Source: a virus. From it: 64,000 nucleotides of DNA. The stretch lies in the IMG/VR virus record IMGVR_UViG_3300023180_000017; one strand, 5' to 3'. The position numbers were made by a program, and so were the translations under genes. Below the pieces are notes generated by a model. It searched no databases. It was not told the DNA's origin and saw nothing but the letters and a program-made list of their open reading frames with translations. Positions 9,049 to 18,630 of this stretch are shown here, piece by piece. Position 1 is the first letter of the stretch. The number at the start of each line of letters is the position of its first letter.

Positions 9049-11439
9049 TTACTCGTATTGTAAATTAACCAGATCCTCATGAAGTTTTTGACCACCATAC
9101 ATTAGCCTTAGCGATCTACTTCTGGAATCCCTTATGTTCTTTCCTTCATATATCTTTTTAACACGATACCAATTAAGTTGATCTCTTAATTGTGCCTCGG
9201 TGTACATATCAAAACCTTTGACATATGACATCAATAATAATGTTATCCGCTGGTCTCCTTCAAAACCCCCGGACTCTTCAATCTCTTCTGCAAAACTTTG
9301 TAGAGCATCTTCCAAGTCTTGTTGTGATATCTCGGATAATACTGACTCAGCCTTTGCCATTGTTTCCTGCTCTTCTGAGCTGGGTGGTTTTACATCAAAC
9401 GCTTGAAAGTTTGGCTGTGTTCCACTTAAAAATTCACCTATGTTTTGCCCTGTTGCAATAGCATCATTAAAGTTTTGTTCAAATTCCATTTCCATTGAGC
9501 TAGATGAAAATGATTCTATACTCTCCTGCGGTGTTTCACCACTATCTTGTACCGACGACTGTTGATTTTGTGCTAGATCTTGCTCTAAAGCGTCTATTTT
9601 TGCTTCTAATTCTTGCGATAACTCCTCACTTTGAGCACTTTCTGGAGCATTTTGGATTATGGTGACTGTTTGTACTATGTCAAGAACTAATTCTAGCGTA
9701 TTTCTTGATATTTTTTCAGATTTAGCTGCAGGCTCTTCTTCTTTTTCAAACTCTTCAACAAATTCTTCCTCTTCCTCAACAATTTCCTCAACAATTTCTT
9801 CTTCGATGAGTAATTCTTCTTCTAAATTACTTACTTCCTCTTCCATAGGAGTAATTTCTTCAAAAATTTCCTCCTCAACCAACGTTTCCTCATCTATTGG
9901 CTCTTCAAAAACCTCTTCTACGAGTGTTTCCTCCAAAAATTGCTCTTCTTCAGGCAAAGATTCATTTATAATTGCCTCTTCTATAAAAACTTCACCGCTA
10001 TCTGACATTGTTTCATCAACAAACCCTATAGATTCATCGGTTACACCCATATCTGTTGTTGTGGCATCAAATTCTTCAACACCCATGTCATAAAAATCAC
10101 TAATTTCATCACCAAACACAAAATCTTGTCCTGTTGCATTTTGTATTGCATTTGCTTCTTCATAACCAGGACATGTTTGATCATACAGAGCATCTAATTC
10201 ACATTGTTGATCAAAATAAGCTTCCGTATAACCTGGACATTGTTCATCATACAATGCATCTAAGCTACATTGTTGATCAAAATATGCCTCTTCATAACCA
10301 GGACAGCCACTGTCATATAATGGATCTAAACTGCACTGCTGTGAATAATATGCTTCCTCATAACCTGGACAGCCACTGTCATATAATGGATCATATGAGC
10401 ATTGTTGGTCGTAGTATGCCTCAGCGTATCCTGGACACCCTGAATCGTATAACGGATCATATGAGCATTGTTGATCGTAGTATGCCTCTTCATATCCTGG
10501 ACATCCACTATCATATAAGGGGTCGTTATTACATTGTTGGTTATAATATGCCTCTTCATACCCTGAACAGCCTTGATCGTATAAAGGATCCTCTGAACAT
10601 TGTTGGTTATAATATGCCTCTTCATACCCTGAACAGCCTTGATCATATAATGGATTTTGTTCACATTGTTGATTAAAATATGCTTCGTCATAACCTTCAC
10701 AAGAAGGATCATTTAAAGGATTAGAGCAGTCAGGACCAGCATTACTTTCATAACCACCATCTTGCCCATACCATGCGTAATATGTGTTACCTTCTATTTC
10801 ATACGTTTCAGATGCAAAAGAAGCCACATCATCCATTGACAAACTACCTTGTCCATAAAACAATTCGGTTACTTCATCGTAGACGTTTCCATTTAAACTT
10901 GTCGTGTCACCTGTATATCCAATCCATACACTATGTTGAGTGACATTAACATCTGCATAATGAAAATCAAAAGAACCATCGGGCCATAGTTGAACACCAA
11001 ATGTGTTTAGATTGTTAGTGCCGTATTCTGTTATGTTCTTCCAAAGAAATGCGGTGCCGTCTGTCCCTGTCTCATAAAAGTAACCTGAATCTAGTATGCT
11101 AGTGTTATGTCTCAAGTCTGTCCACAGAGGAGCAAGCATGTAACTGAAACTGTTTCCAGCATAGTTATAACCAGAAGGATTGAACCCGCTACAGCATCCG
11201 TTGTTGTTAGTGCTAGGATTACCGAATTGTGATACAGGGTCGTATAGTAAAATAAAACCATTACTAGACATCCAGGCATCAGTAAAGATACCCCCGTAGT
11301 ATGGAAAAGTGTGCCCTAAATTGATATGAACGGTGCCATCATCAACACCGTTCATTACCTGTGTTTCTTCTGCTAAACTATAAGAGGAGCAAAAGTAAAG
11401 CAGCAGCCCCGCCAGCAGCGTACCAGCCTGTTTTATCAT
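9049..11439 (-). CDS. Exported acidic protein with NIDO-like N-terminal domain and Cys/Tyr tandem repeats
   Basis: Signal peptide ending SLA-EE; FPYYG..SSNG..APLWTDL (nidogen-like); nine ~22-aa repeats; Glu-rich linker. Confidence 0.75.
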   Translation of the reverse strand: MIKQAGTLLAGLLLYFCSSYSLAEETQVMNGVDDGTVHINLGHTFPYYGGIFTDAWMSSNGFILLYDPVSQFGNPSTNNNGCCSGFNPSGYNYAGNSFSYMLAPLWTDLRHNTSILDSGYFYETGTDGTAFLWKNITEYGTNNLNTFGVQLWPDGSFDFHYADVNVTQHSVWIGYTGDTTSLNGNVYDEVTELFYGQGSLSMDDVASFASETYEIEGNTYYAWYGQDGGYESNAGPDCSNPLNDPSCEGYDEAYFNQQCEQNPLYDQGCSGYEEAYYNQQCSEDPLYDQGCSGYEEAYYNQQCNNDPLYDSGCPGYEEAYYDQQCSYDPLYDSGCPGYAEAYYDQQCSYDPLYDSGCPGYEEAYYSQQCSLDPLYDSGCPGYEEAYFDQQCSLDALYDEQCPGYTEAYFDQQCELDALYDQTCPGYEEANAIQNATGQDFVFGDEISDFYDMGVEEFDATTTDMGVTDESIGFVDETMSDSGEVFIEEAIINESLPEEEQFLEETLVEEVFEEPIDEETLVEEEIFEEITPMEEEVSNLEEELLIEEEIVEEIVEEEEEFVEEFEKEEEPAAKSEKISRNTLELVLDIVQTVTIIQNAPESAQSEELSQELEAKIDALEQDLAQNQQSSVQDSGETPQESIESFSSSSMEMEFEQNFNDAIATGQNIGEFLSGTQPNFQAFDVKPPSSEEQETMAKAESVLSEISQQDLEDALQSFAEEIEESGGFEGDQRITLLLMSYVKGFDMYTEAQLRDQLNWYRVKKIYEGKNIRDSRSRSLRLMYGGQKLHEDLVNLQYE
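10153..10728 (-). repeat. In-frame 66-nt tandem repeat, about 9 copies
   Basis: Encodes CxxDPLYDxGCxGYEEAY(Y/F)xQQ with synonymous divergence between copies. Confidence 0.9.
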
Positions 11440-12367
11440 CTTCTTCCTCGTCTTTCATTTTAACTTCGTCTAATGCGTTATCAGGAATTAGCTGAGGATT
11501 TTCTACCCACGCTTCTAATGCCTCATCGCCGATTTTACCTTCGAAAGGACAAGGAGTGCCTGCCATCATCATGGCTTTCCAAACTCTTTCGTCCTGACAC
11601 ATTGTAGATACAGCAGCGACACGCATTCCCATATCATATAAAGTTTTGGACAATTTAATTCTTTCGCAGTTCATATCTCTTACAGACTTTCCTGCAGACA
11701 AACCTAGAATTTGAGTTTGTATTGCTCCAGAAACACCTGTTGTACATAGGTCTTGAGAATAAGAAGATCCTATACTAGGAGCGATTGCAGATGGAGGTGG
11801 AGATTTAATTTCCTGCTCAATCTTTTGTGTTGATGTGCTCTCGTTACGATTTATATTCTCGTTTCTATTGTTGTTGGTGTTGTTTGTTGTAACATTACTA
11901 TCAGACTCGCTATAGTTCGTATTTGTGTTATTAGACGTACTATTGGAAGTGCTATTATTAATGTTAGTGTTGGTGTTGTTGCTTACTGTATTGTTATTAT
12001 TGGTATTCACATTGTTACTATTAATATTGGTATTATTGTTGTTATTATTCGTATTGGTATTATTCGATGTGCTATTAATAGTGGTATTATTTGTGTTCGT
12101 ATTAGTATTTGTGTTATTAGACGTACTGTTAATAGTGGTATTATTTGTGTTCGTATTGGTATTCGTGTTAGTTGACGTACTATTTACAGTCGTGTTATTA
12201 TTATTCGTGTTGACGTTGGTGTTGGTGTTCGTTGATGTGCTGGTTGTGTTAGTAGTATTGGTGGTATTAACATTGGTGGTAGTCTCACTACTACTAGAAT
12301 CTGCATCTTGTGCAAAAACAGGGAAGGCCAACAAAACAGCGGCGAACATAATTATAAAGTTACGCAT
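11378..12367 (-). CDS. Exported Asn/Thr-rich protein with Cys-containing C-terminal domain and TM anchor
   Basis: Signal peptide ending VFA-QD; about 150 aa of N/T/S low complexity; four-Cys domain; C-terminal AAGGAAALLLLLL; AGGAG RBS. Confidence 0.8.
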   Translation of the reverse strand: MRNFIIMFAAVLLAFPVFAQDADSSSSETTTNVNTTNTTNTTSTSTNTNTNVNTNNNNTTVNSTSTNTNTNTNTNNTTINSTSNNTNTNTNTNNTTINSTSNNTNTNNNNNNTNINSNNVNTNNNNTVSNNTNTNINNSTSNSTSNNTNTNYSESDSNVTTNNTNNNRNENINRNESTSTQKIEQEIKSPPPSAIAPSIGSSYSQDLCTTGVSGAIQTQILGLSAGKSVRDMNCERIKLSKTLYDMGMRVAAVSTMCQDERVWKAMMMAGTPCPFEGKIGDEALEAWVENPQLIPDNALDEVKMKDEEEDDKTGWYAAGGAAALLLLLL

Positions 12368-12414
12368 TTTGGTCTCCTAGAGTTATTTTTTTTGTGTTTT
12401 CACCTCCAATTTCC

Positions 12415-12443
12415 TTGACATGTATGTAAAAATTTTATATAAT
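12415..12443 (+). promoter_or_regulatory. Sigma70-type promoter
   Basis: TTGACA-17 nt-TATAAT. Confidence 0.8.
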
Positions 12444-12445
12444 TG

Positions 12446-12457
12446 TATTTATAAATA
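12446..12457. promoter_or_regulatory. Palindromic bidirectional T4-type late promoter
   Basis: TATTTATAAATA gives TATAAATA on both strands, between divergent genes. Confidence 0.65.
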
Positions 12458-12540
12458 TTAATTGGCATATACGGTAAAATTGATATTATTTTTTAGTAAA
12501 AACTCTTATAAATCTCTATGAGAGAGAAGGAAGGTATATT

Positions 12541-12894
12541 ATGGCTTACTTGAACTTACAAAACTCTCTACGTTACGACATGTCCGGACGAAAAAGAAGA
12601 AAGAAAAAGTCCCAAGCCGTATCTACCCCCCGCCGCAAAAAATCAGAATTCAAAGAGTATGTGCCAACGAACAAATATGTTCGGGACGAGGACCATCGCG
12701 AAAAGTATCCTTCACTTATGGAGAAGCAAGTCGCGGATGGAACATTTAACAAAAATGGCGGCGTTGGCTCTAAAAAAGAACCTATGCGTTATACAGGTAC
12801 TCTTATTAAGGGTATTGCCACAATGCACAAATCCAATGCCGTCCCAATTATAGATGATCAACATGCAAAAGATATTGCAAGAATGCGTAGATAA
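12541..12894 (+). CDS. Basic hypothetical protein of T4-like phage type
   Basis: C-terminal YTGTLIKGIATMHKSNAVPI motif recalled from T4-like aquatic phages. Confidence 0.7.
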   Translation: MAYLNLQNSLRYDMSGRKRRKKKSQAVSTPRRKKSEFKEYVPTNKYVRDEDHREKYPSLMEKQVADGTFNKNGGVGSKKEPMRYTGTLIKGIATMHKSNAVPIIDDQHAKDIARMRR

Positions 12895-12916
12895 ATTTTT
12901 TAAAAAGGAGAAAAAA

Positions 12917-13123
12917 ATGACTGTAAGAAATGTACCATTTGCTGAGGGGCCTTTCGCAGACTCAATCGGTGAGGACTTGCAGGAAGGTGTATTGATGAGA
13001 GAGATGACCGTTATTAAAGTTAGGAACGGGTTCTTAGTTCGTGAAATCCATAGACGAGATTATATGGATAACGGAGATTATAACGACACTTCCACAATTA
13101 CGCCTATTACAAAGGTGGAATAA
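12917..13123 (+). CDS. Hypothetical protein
   Basis: AAGGAG RBS before ATG 12917. Confidence 0.65.
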   Translation: MTVRNVPFAEGPFADSIGEDLQEGVLMREMTVIKVRNGFLVREIHRRDYMDNGDYNDTSTITPITKVE

Positions 13124-13126
13124 TTA

Positions 13127-13432
13127 ATGGCACCTAATGATTTTTCTAAACAAGAATTAGAAAAAAGCAAACGAATACAAAAAAGCCAAACACCCAAAGG
13201 AACAATTGACTGGTATATTAAATGGTTATCCAGCATTTCTGTTCTTTTTGCCGTTGCATTTAGAAGCTCGGGTGTTCCAGAATTACATATTTGGGACGTC
13301 TTTTTAAGCTGGGCAGGTGCAATGGGATGGTTTGTTGTTGGCTTTATGTGGAAAGATAGAGCACTTGTCCTGCTAAACGGTGTTATCGGTATTATGCTGT
13401 TTGGCTCATTATTGAGATCCTTTTTCTTATGA
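13127..13432 (+). CDS. Small three-TM membrane protein
   Basis: DWYIKW followed by three hydrophobic segments; WKDRAL..LN. Confidence 0.7.
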   Translation: MAPNDFSKQELEKSKRIQKSQTPKGTIDWYIKWLSSISVLFAVAFRSSGVPELHIWDVFLSWAGAMGWFVVGFMWKDRALVLLNGVIGIMLFGSLLRSFFL

Positions 13433-14049
13433 AGATAACAAAAGAGAGACTGTCCTTGTATATGGACTATGTAAGATATCAAAATCATCTAAGCCAAAGA
13501 TTTTCAGATTGTTTTTATTCTAGTCAACTAGATAGTAAAAGTTGGTTAATTGAAAAACTAAGACTGTATTCCGACTGCAGAAAATTCAACAACGTTCATA
13601 TATTCGGAGGATGGTACGGCGTTCTAGCTACTCTCCTAAAAGATAACTTTCAAATTCTGGGCGATATTACAACTGTAGACATTGATCCAGATTGCGAAGA
13701 GGTTGTAAGGCGAATAACAACCAAAGAAGATAAAATTAATGCTGTTACATGTGATATGATGAAGTATGTTTATAATGACACTCCTGAGCTAGTAATAAAT
13801 ACTTCTTGTGAACACATTAACCAAATGTCGTATTACAGATGGTGGGATAATGTTCCTATGGGTACATGGTTTGTCGTACAAAGCAACAATTTGGAAATAG
13901 GTGAACACATCAGAACAGCATCGTCTTTACAAGAGTTTGAAGGACAATGCGGGCATGAAAACATATTGTATTCTGGTGAATTGGATTGTGGAAACTTCTC
14001 TAGATACATGATTATAGGCATTAAAGATGGGTACGAAATACGAGTCTGA
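13429..14049 (+). CDS. Class I SAM-dependent methyltransferase-like protein
   Basis: IFGGWYG motif I, VDIDP, INTSCEH. Confidence 0.75.
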   Translation: MKITKERLSLYMDYVRYQNHLSQRFSDCFYSSQLDSKSWLIEKLRLYSDCRKFNNVHIFGGWYGVLATLLKDNFQILGDITTVDIDPDCEEVVRRITTKEDKINAVTCDMMKYVYNDTPELVINTSCEHINQMSYYRWWDNVPMGTWFVVQSNNLEIGEHIRTASSLQEFEGQCGHENILYSGELDCGNFSRYMIIGIKDGYEIRV

Positions 14050-15517
14050 TGTAGAACAAATTCGTCAGACTACAAAACAACTAGAAGAACAAATTAGTCC
14101 AACCTTCTGTTTGGCTAAATGGCATCACACCTCAATATACATGTACTCTGGGCAAACGCATAGCTGTTATCACCCACGACCCCATGATATTTCTGTAGAA
14201 GAAATCAAAGTAAACCCAGCAGCTCTGCATAATACAAGCACAAAGAAAAAAGAAAGAGCAGAGATGCTTGTTGGTGAAAAACCAGATGGGTGTAAGTATT
14301 GTTGGAACGTTGAAAGTTTAGATACTGATGAAACACCTTGGGAACAGCAACACATTAGCGATAGAAAAATTCGTAATGCTAGTATCTTTACACCTGAGCG
14401 TATAGAAGAAATTAAAAGCATGCCGTGGGATTACAATGTTAATCCAGAATATATAGAAGTTGCATTTCACAATGAATGTAACTTTAAATGTGGTTACTGC
14501 CATCCTGCTGTAAGCACAAGCTTCTATAATGAAATTAAAAAGTTTGGTCCATACAACATGGTTAAAAACCATGCCTTAGATATAGACTACATTGAACAGA
14601 GCTCTTTGTTATCATCATTGAAAGATGAAGACAATAATCCCTTTATTAAGGCTTGGTGGGAATGGTGGCCCGAGATGTCCAAGACATTAAACATCTTGCG
14701 TATTACTGGCGGAGAGCCACTGTTACACAAATCCACGTGGCGGTTATTTAATGATCTAAAAGAAAATCCTAAGCCTGATTTAGAAATTAATGTTAATAGC
14801 AATCTCGGTATGACACATAGGCACGTGGAAAAACTAGTGCCTATTATAAATGATCTTTTAGACAGTAAAAAAATTAGAAAGTTTAAGATGTTTACAAGCA
14901 TGGATACTTGGGGTAAACGTGCTGAGTATTTGCGAACAGGATTAGATGTAAATAAGTGGGAAAAGAATCAGGACATTTATGTTAGAGGAGTTAAGTCCCA
15001 TATTACGCACATGTGTACATTCAATATCTTGTCAGTAACTTCTTTTACAGAGTATTTACAAAAGATTTTAGATTGGCGTGAACTTTATGATGATGTAATT
15101 CCTGTATTGGATCCTAGAAATCCACAAGATCGAAAAATAAGGTTTGATACTCCTTATTTAAAAGAGCCTTTACAATATGATATGCACATTCTTCCTAAAG
15201 AAGAATATTTGCCTCACTTTGACAACATCTTAAAGTTTATTGATGATAATAGAGACGACTCGGACACTAAAAAATTTAGTGATATAGAATATGAAAGATT
15301 TAGACGTGTTAGAGATTATTTTGCCGAAGTTCAGTATGATGATGAAAAAGTAAAACAAGGAAGAATAGATTTTTATAAATGGTTTACAGAAATAGATAGA
15401 AGAAGGGATACAAACTTTTTAGAAACATTTCCAGATATGGAATCATTTTGGAATCTATGTAAACACTTAGCGGAAGAAGAAAACAATACTAGAATAGAGG
15501 TAGTCAATGTCGGATAG
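14027..15517 (+). CDS. Radical SAM protein with N-terminal Twitch-like Cys cluster
   Basis: CNFKCGYC, TGGEPL, N-terminal C..C..CxxC. Confidence 0.9.
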   Translation: MGTKYESDVEQIRQTTKQLEEQISPTFCLAKWHHTSIYMYSGQTHSCYHPRPHDISVEEIKVNPAALHNTSTKKKERAEMLVGEKPDGCKYCWNVESLDTDETPWEQQHISDRKIRNASIFTPERIEEIKSMPWDYNVNPEYIEVAFHNECNFKCGYCHPAVSTSFYNEIKKFGPYNMVKNHALDIDYIEQSSLLSSLKDEDNNPFIKAWWEWWPEMSKTLNILRITGGEPLLHKSTWRLFNDLKENPKPDLEINVNSNLGMTHRHVEKLVPIINDLLDSKKIRKFKMFTSMDTWGKRAEYLRTGLDVNKWEKNQDIYVRGVKSHITHMCTFNILSVTSFTEYLQKILDWRELYDDVIPVLDPRNPQDRKIRFDTPYLKEPLQYDMHILPKEEYLPHFDNILKFIDDNRDDSDTKKFSDIEYERFRRVRDYFAEVQYDDEKVKQGRIDFYKWFTEIDRRRDTNFLETFPDMESFWNLCKHLAEEENNTRIEVVNVG

Positions 15518-16265
15518 ACTTATTATAGGAATAGGTGATTCTTTTATACAGGGTGCAGAAGCCGGGGGTGAAGAAGCATCTTTTCTAGCTCAATATGCTA
15601 ACATTTGTAATGCAGATTATATTAACCTAGGTACAGAGGGAGTTGGTAATCTTGGTTCTGTTTTGAATTTATTCATGTACGACTTAGGATTGAGTGATTA
15701 TCAAGAAAAGTATTTAATTTGGATGCCAACAGCTTTATCCAGGGTAGACTATTTAAATCCTAAATGGGTTCCTAAACCGAAAAAAACTTTTAATGAATTT
15801 TTAACCATTTTTCCTAATTCAGAACCCCCCAATGTTCACGGAGAAGAACATCAAGAACTATGTAAAATCTGGGCTAAGATAAGTTCTCAAAGATCTGAGA
15901 ATACAAACTTTTTACTGTCTTATAAATTACTTAAACAATTTTGTCATGCGAACGGGATATTGAATTATAAGATTTTTCCCTCTTTTACAAACGAGTATAA
16001 ACAGGAAAAATTTCTTTATTTTGATAATCACCTATATACATCAATTCAATGGACAGATATAATTACTGTTGGTGGTCATTCTAATATGTTTGACTGGTGT
16101 GTGAAAGAGCTTTTGTTACTTGAAGAGGAAATTACCACCTTTGATCTTATTAACAAAAAAGTTCAACATCAAAATTTAGAAAAATATTTTCACGAAAGAG
16201 GTCATCCCACTCGTTTAGGACATACACTATTTGCAAGAGCTCTTGCTCAGGAACATCAATTATGA
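15507..16265 (+). CDS. SGNH-like hydrolase
   Basis: IGDSFIQG, NLGTEGVGN, GHPTRLGH. Confidence 0.7.
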   Translation: MSDRLIIGIGDSFIQGAEAGGEEASFLAQYANICNADYINLGTEGVGNLGSVLNLFMYDLGLSDYQEKYLIWMPTALSRVDYLNPKWVPKPKKTFNEFLTIFPNSEPPNVHGEEHQELCKIWAKISSQRSENTNFLLSYKLLKQFCHANGILNYKIFPSFTNEYKQEKFLYFDNHLYTSIQWTDIITVGGHSNMFDWCVKELLLLEEEITTFDLINKKVQHQNLEKYFHERGHPTRLGHTLFARALAQEHQL

Positions 16266-17266
16266 AAATTTTAATTACAGGCATCGCGGGTTTTTTAGGA
16301 AGTCATTTAGGCGAAAGACTTGTAAAGAATACAAATCACACAATTATTGGAAACGATAACTTGTTAGGCGGGTATGTTGATAATATACCTGAAGGAGTAA
16401 GTCGTTATAAGGTTGATTGTTGTGATTATGAAGGAATGTATAGAATTCTTGAGGGAGTTGATGTTGTAATACATACAGCCGCCACTGCACACGAAGGACT
16501 GTCTGTTTTTTCACCTTCATTTATTACTAAAAACATTTATGATGCCAGTGTTACAACAATGAGTGCTGCCATAGCAAGGGGAGTTAAGAAATTTATTTTT
16601 TGTAGTTCAATGGCAAGATATGGCGATCAAGAAGCACCCTTTACAGAGGACATGACGCCTCAGCCTGTTGATCCTTATGCTATTGCTAAAGTAGCTGCCG
16701 AAGATACCCTAAGAATATTATCTAAAGTTCATGGAATGGATTATGTTATAGCTGTCCCGCATAATATTGTAGGACCCAGACAAAGATATGACGATCCTTT
16801 TAGAAATGTTATGAGCATAATGATTAATAGAAACCTAATGGGCAAGCCTGCTATTATTTACGGAGACGGGGAACAAACAAGATGCTTTTCCTACGTAGAT
16901 GATTGTGTTGACTGTTTAGAACAAATGATTTATAGAAAAGATATTAATGGTGAGGTAATTAATATTGGGCCTGACTCAGGCGAAGTAACAATTAATACAT
17001 TAGCAGAAATGATTTCCTCAATTACTAGGTGTAATGAGGCTCCAATATATATGGAAGGCAGACCACAAGAAGTTAAACACGCAACTTGTTCTGCAGAAAA
17101 GGCAAAAAAACTTTTAAACTACACCCCCAATTCTGATTTACTTATGATGATTAAATCTACTGTAGAATATATAAAATTACGAGGACCAAAACCCTTTAAT
17201 TATAATTTGCCTGTAGAGATTATAAATGAAAAAACTCCCAAAACTTGGAAAGATGGATTAATGTAA
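16262..17266 (+). CDS. NAD-dependent sugar-nucleotide epimerase/dehydratase
   Basis: TGIAGFLGSH, YAIAK (YxxxK), NIVGPRQ, GDGEQTRCFSYV. Confidence 0.92.
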   Translation: MKILITGIAGFLGSHLGERLVKNTNHTIIGNDNLLGGYVDNIPEGVSRYKVDCCDYEGMYRILEGVDVVIHTAATAHEGLSVFSPSFITKNIYDASVTTMSAAIARGVKKFIFCSSMARYGDQEAPFTEDMTPQPVDPYAIAKVAAEDTLRILSKVHGMDYVIAVPHNIVGPRQRYDDPFRNVMSIMINRNLMGKPAIIYGDGEQTRCFSYVDDCVDCLEQMIYRKDINGEVINIGPDSGEVTINTLAEMISSITRCNEAPIYMEGRPQEVKHATCSAEKAKKLLNYTPNSDLLMMIKSTVEYIKLRGPKPFNYNLPVEIINEKTPKTWKDGLM

Positions 17267-18630
17267 TGAAGTTTGCATTTGAGAAAATAGAACCAGACTT
17301 TGAAAACTTTATAGATTATCCTGATAAAAATACATCAGGATTAAATCGCTTTACACCGTGTCCAATTACAACAACTCTTATGATGCACCGCAATCACAAT
17401 CTATCCGGTGAGAGAGAAGGTGTTAAACGTAATATGGGTGAGAAGTGGGAGCAAAAGAAATGGGAAGTGTATCACTATCAAAACGAAAATGATAACGATA
17501 CAAATTATATTATTTCAACAGCAGTAAATCATAGTCCTATAGATTGGTGTGGAGAAGACAACAAAGGACTAGCAAAGAACGAAAACTTTCCAAATAGAAA
17601 AACACCACTGTCCCTTTTAAATAAAAAATACCTTAAAGATTTGAGGGAAGGAAAGGCTTTGTTGTTATTGGATCAAAGCCATGAGGGATATCAAACAGAA
17701 TGGCTTTGGAGTTGGTTTCATAATGATTGTGAGGCGAATAATGTTTCCCCACGAGCAATTATCTATGTAACAGGAAATTGTTTAGCTGATGAACAATATC
17801 AAATTTGGGCAAACTCTTTAGGTATTAAAGAAAGATTAAAAGTCATTCCACATACTCACTTTGAAAATATGATACATGTGGGTGCTGTAAATAGATTGAG
17901 ACATCAAGGGCGTCCTTTACCAACGTTATTGGATCAGTTGGAATATAAAAGAAATAATTTAGAAAAATTAAAAACATTTAATGCACTACAAAAAAGAACA
18001 AGGGCACATAGAATTTGGTTTTACAAATATTTAAGAGACGCCAACTTACTTGACAAAGGAGTTTGTAGTATGAACTCCTGGGATCCTAATTTTACACATA
18101 TGGAAGATAGGTTTATTCCGCATGATGAATCTGAATTATTAAATAAGGATCTGCCGTTGTTGGCTTATAATACTCCAAATAACGAAAAAGATGATGGGTA
18201 TTATATTACAAGATTTAATGATCAAACAATAAAAGACACCTTTGTTAGTGTTGTTAGTGAGGCATCTTTTTCTGATCATGACAATACATGCTTTTTAAGT
18301 GAAAAAACATTTAAGTCTATTGCAGAGTTTCATCCTTTTATTATATTAGGAAATAAAAACTCGCTACATTATTTAAAAGACTTTGGCTATAAAACATTTG
18401 AAGGTTTTATTGATGAAAGTTACGACAAACTTTCTACATGGGCTAGAATGGAAGCTATTATAAAAGAGATAAAACGCATAGATGCCATTGAAGACAAAAT
18501 GTCATGGTTTAGATCTTTGACGCCTATATTAGAACATAATAGAGAGGTTTTAAGAAAAAATTCTGAGGATTATGTTCCTAAATCTATGGAAACTTTAATA
18601 CAATATTATAAGGAATATTTTAATGTTTAA
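17266..18630 (+). CDS. Putative glycosyltransferase (GT10-like C-terminus)
   Basis: VVSEA...FLSEKTFK...HPFIILG...GYKTFEGFIDESYD; start coupled via TAATG. Confidence 0.55.
   Translation: MKFAFEKIEPDFENFIDYPDKNTSGLNRFTPCPITTTLMMHRNHNLSGEREGVKRNMGEKWEQKKWEVYHYQNENDNDTNYIISTAVNHSPIDWCGEDNKGLAKNENFPNRKTPLSLLNKKYLKDLREGKALLLLDQSHEGYQTEWLWSWFHNDCEANNVSPRAIIYVTGNCLADEQYQIWANSLGIKERLKVIPHTHFENMIHVGAVNRLRHQGRPLPTLLDQLEYKRNNLEKLKTFNALQKRTRAHRIWFYKYLRDANLLDKGVCSMNSWDPNFTHMEDRFIPHDESELLNKDLPLLAYNTPNNEKDDGYYITRFNDQTIKDTFVSVVSEASFSDHDNTCFLSEKTFKSIAEFHPFIILGNKNSLHYLKDFGYKTFEGFIDESYDKLSTWARMEAIIKEIKRIDAIEDKMSWFRSLTPILEHNREVLRKNSEDYVPKSMETLIQYYKEYFNV

Noticed and set aside
10153-10728. 66-nt periodic array as a CRISPR array
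   Set aside because: Whole units are similar with codon-position divergence and stay in frame; no unique spacers and no cas genes.
9200-12380. Plus-strand and alternate-frame ORFs (9659, 10134, 10326, 11925)
   Set aside because: Shadows of low-complexity or repeated coding sequence of the minus-strand genes; no RBS.
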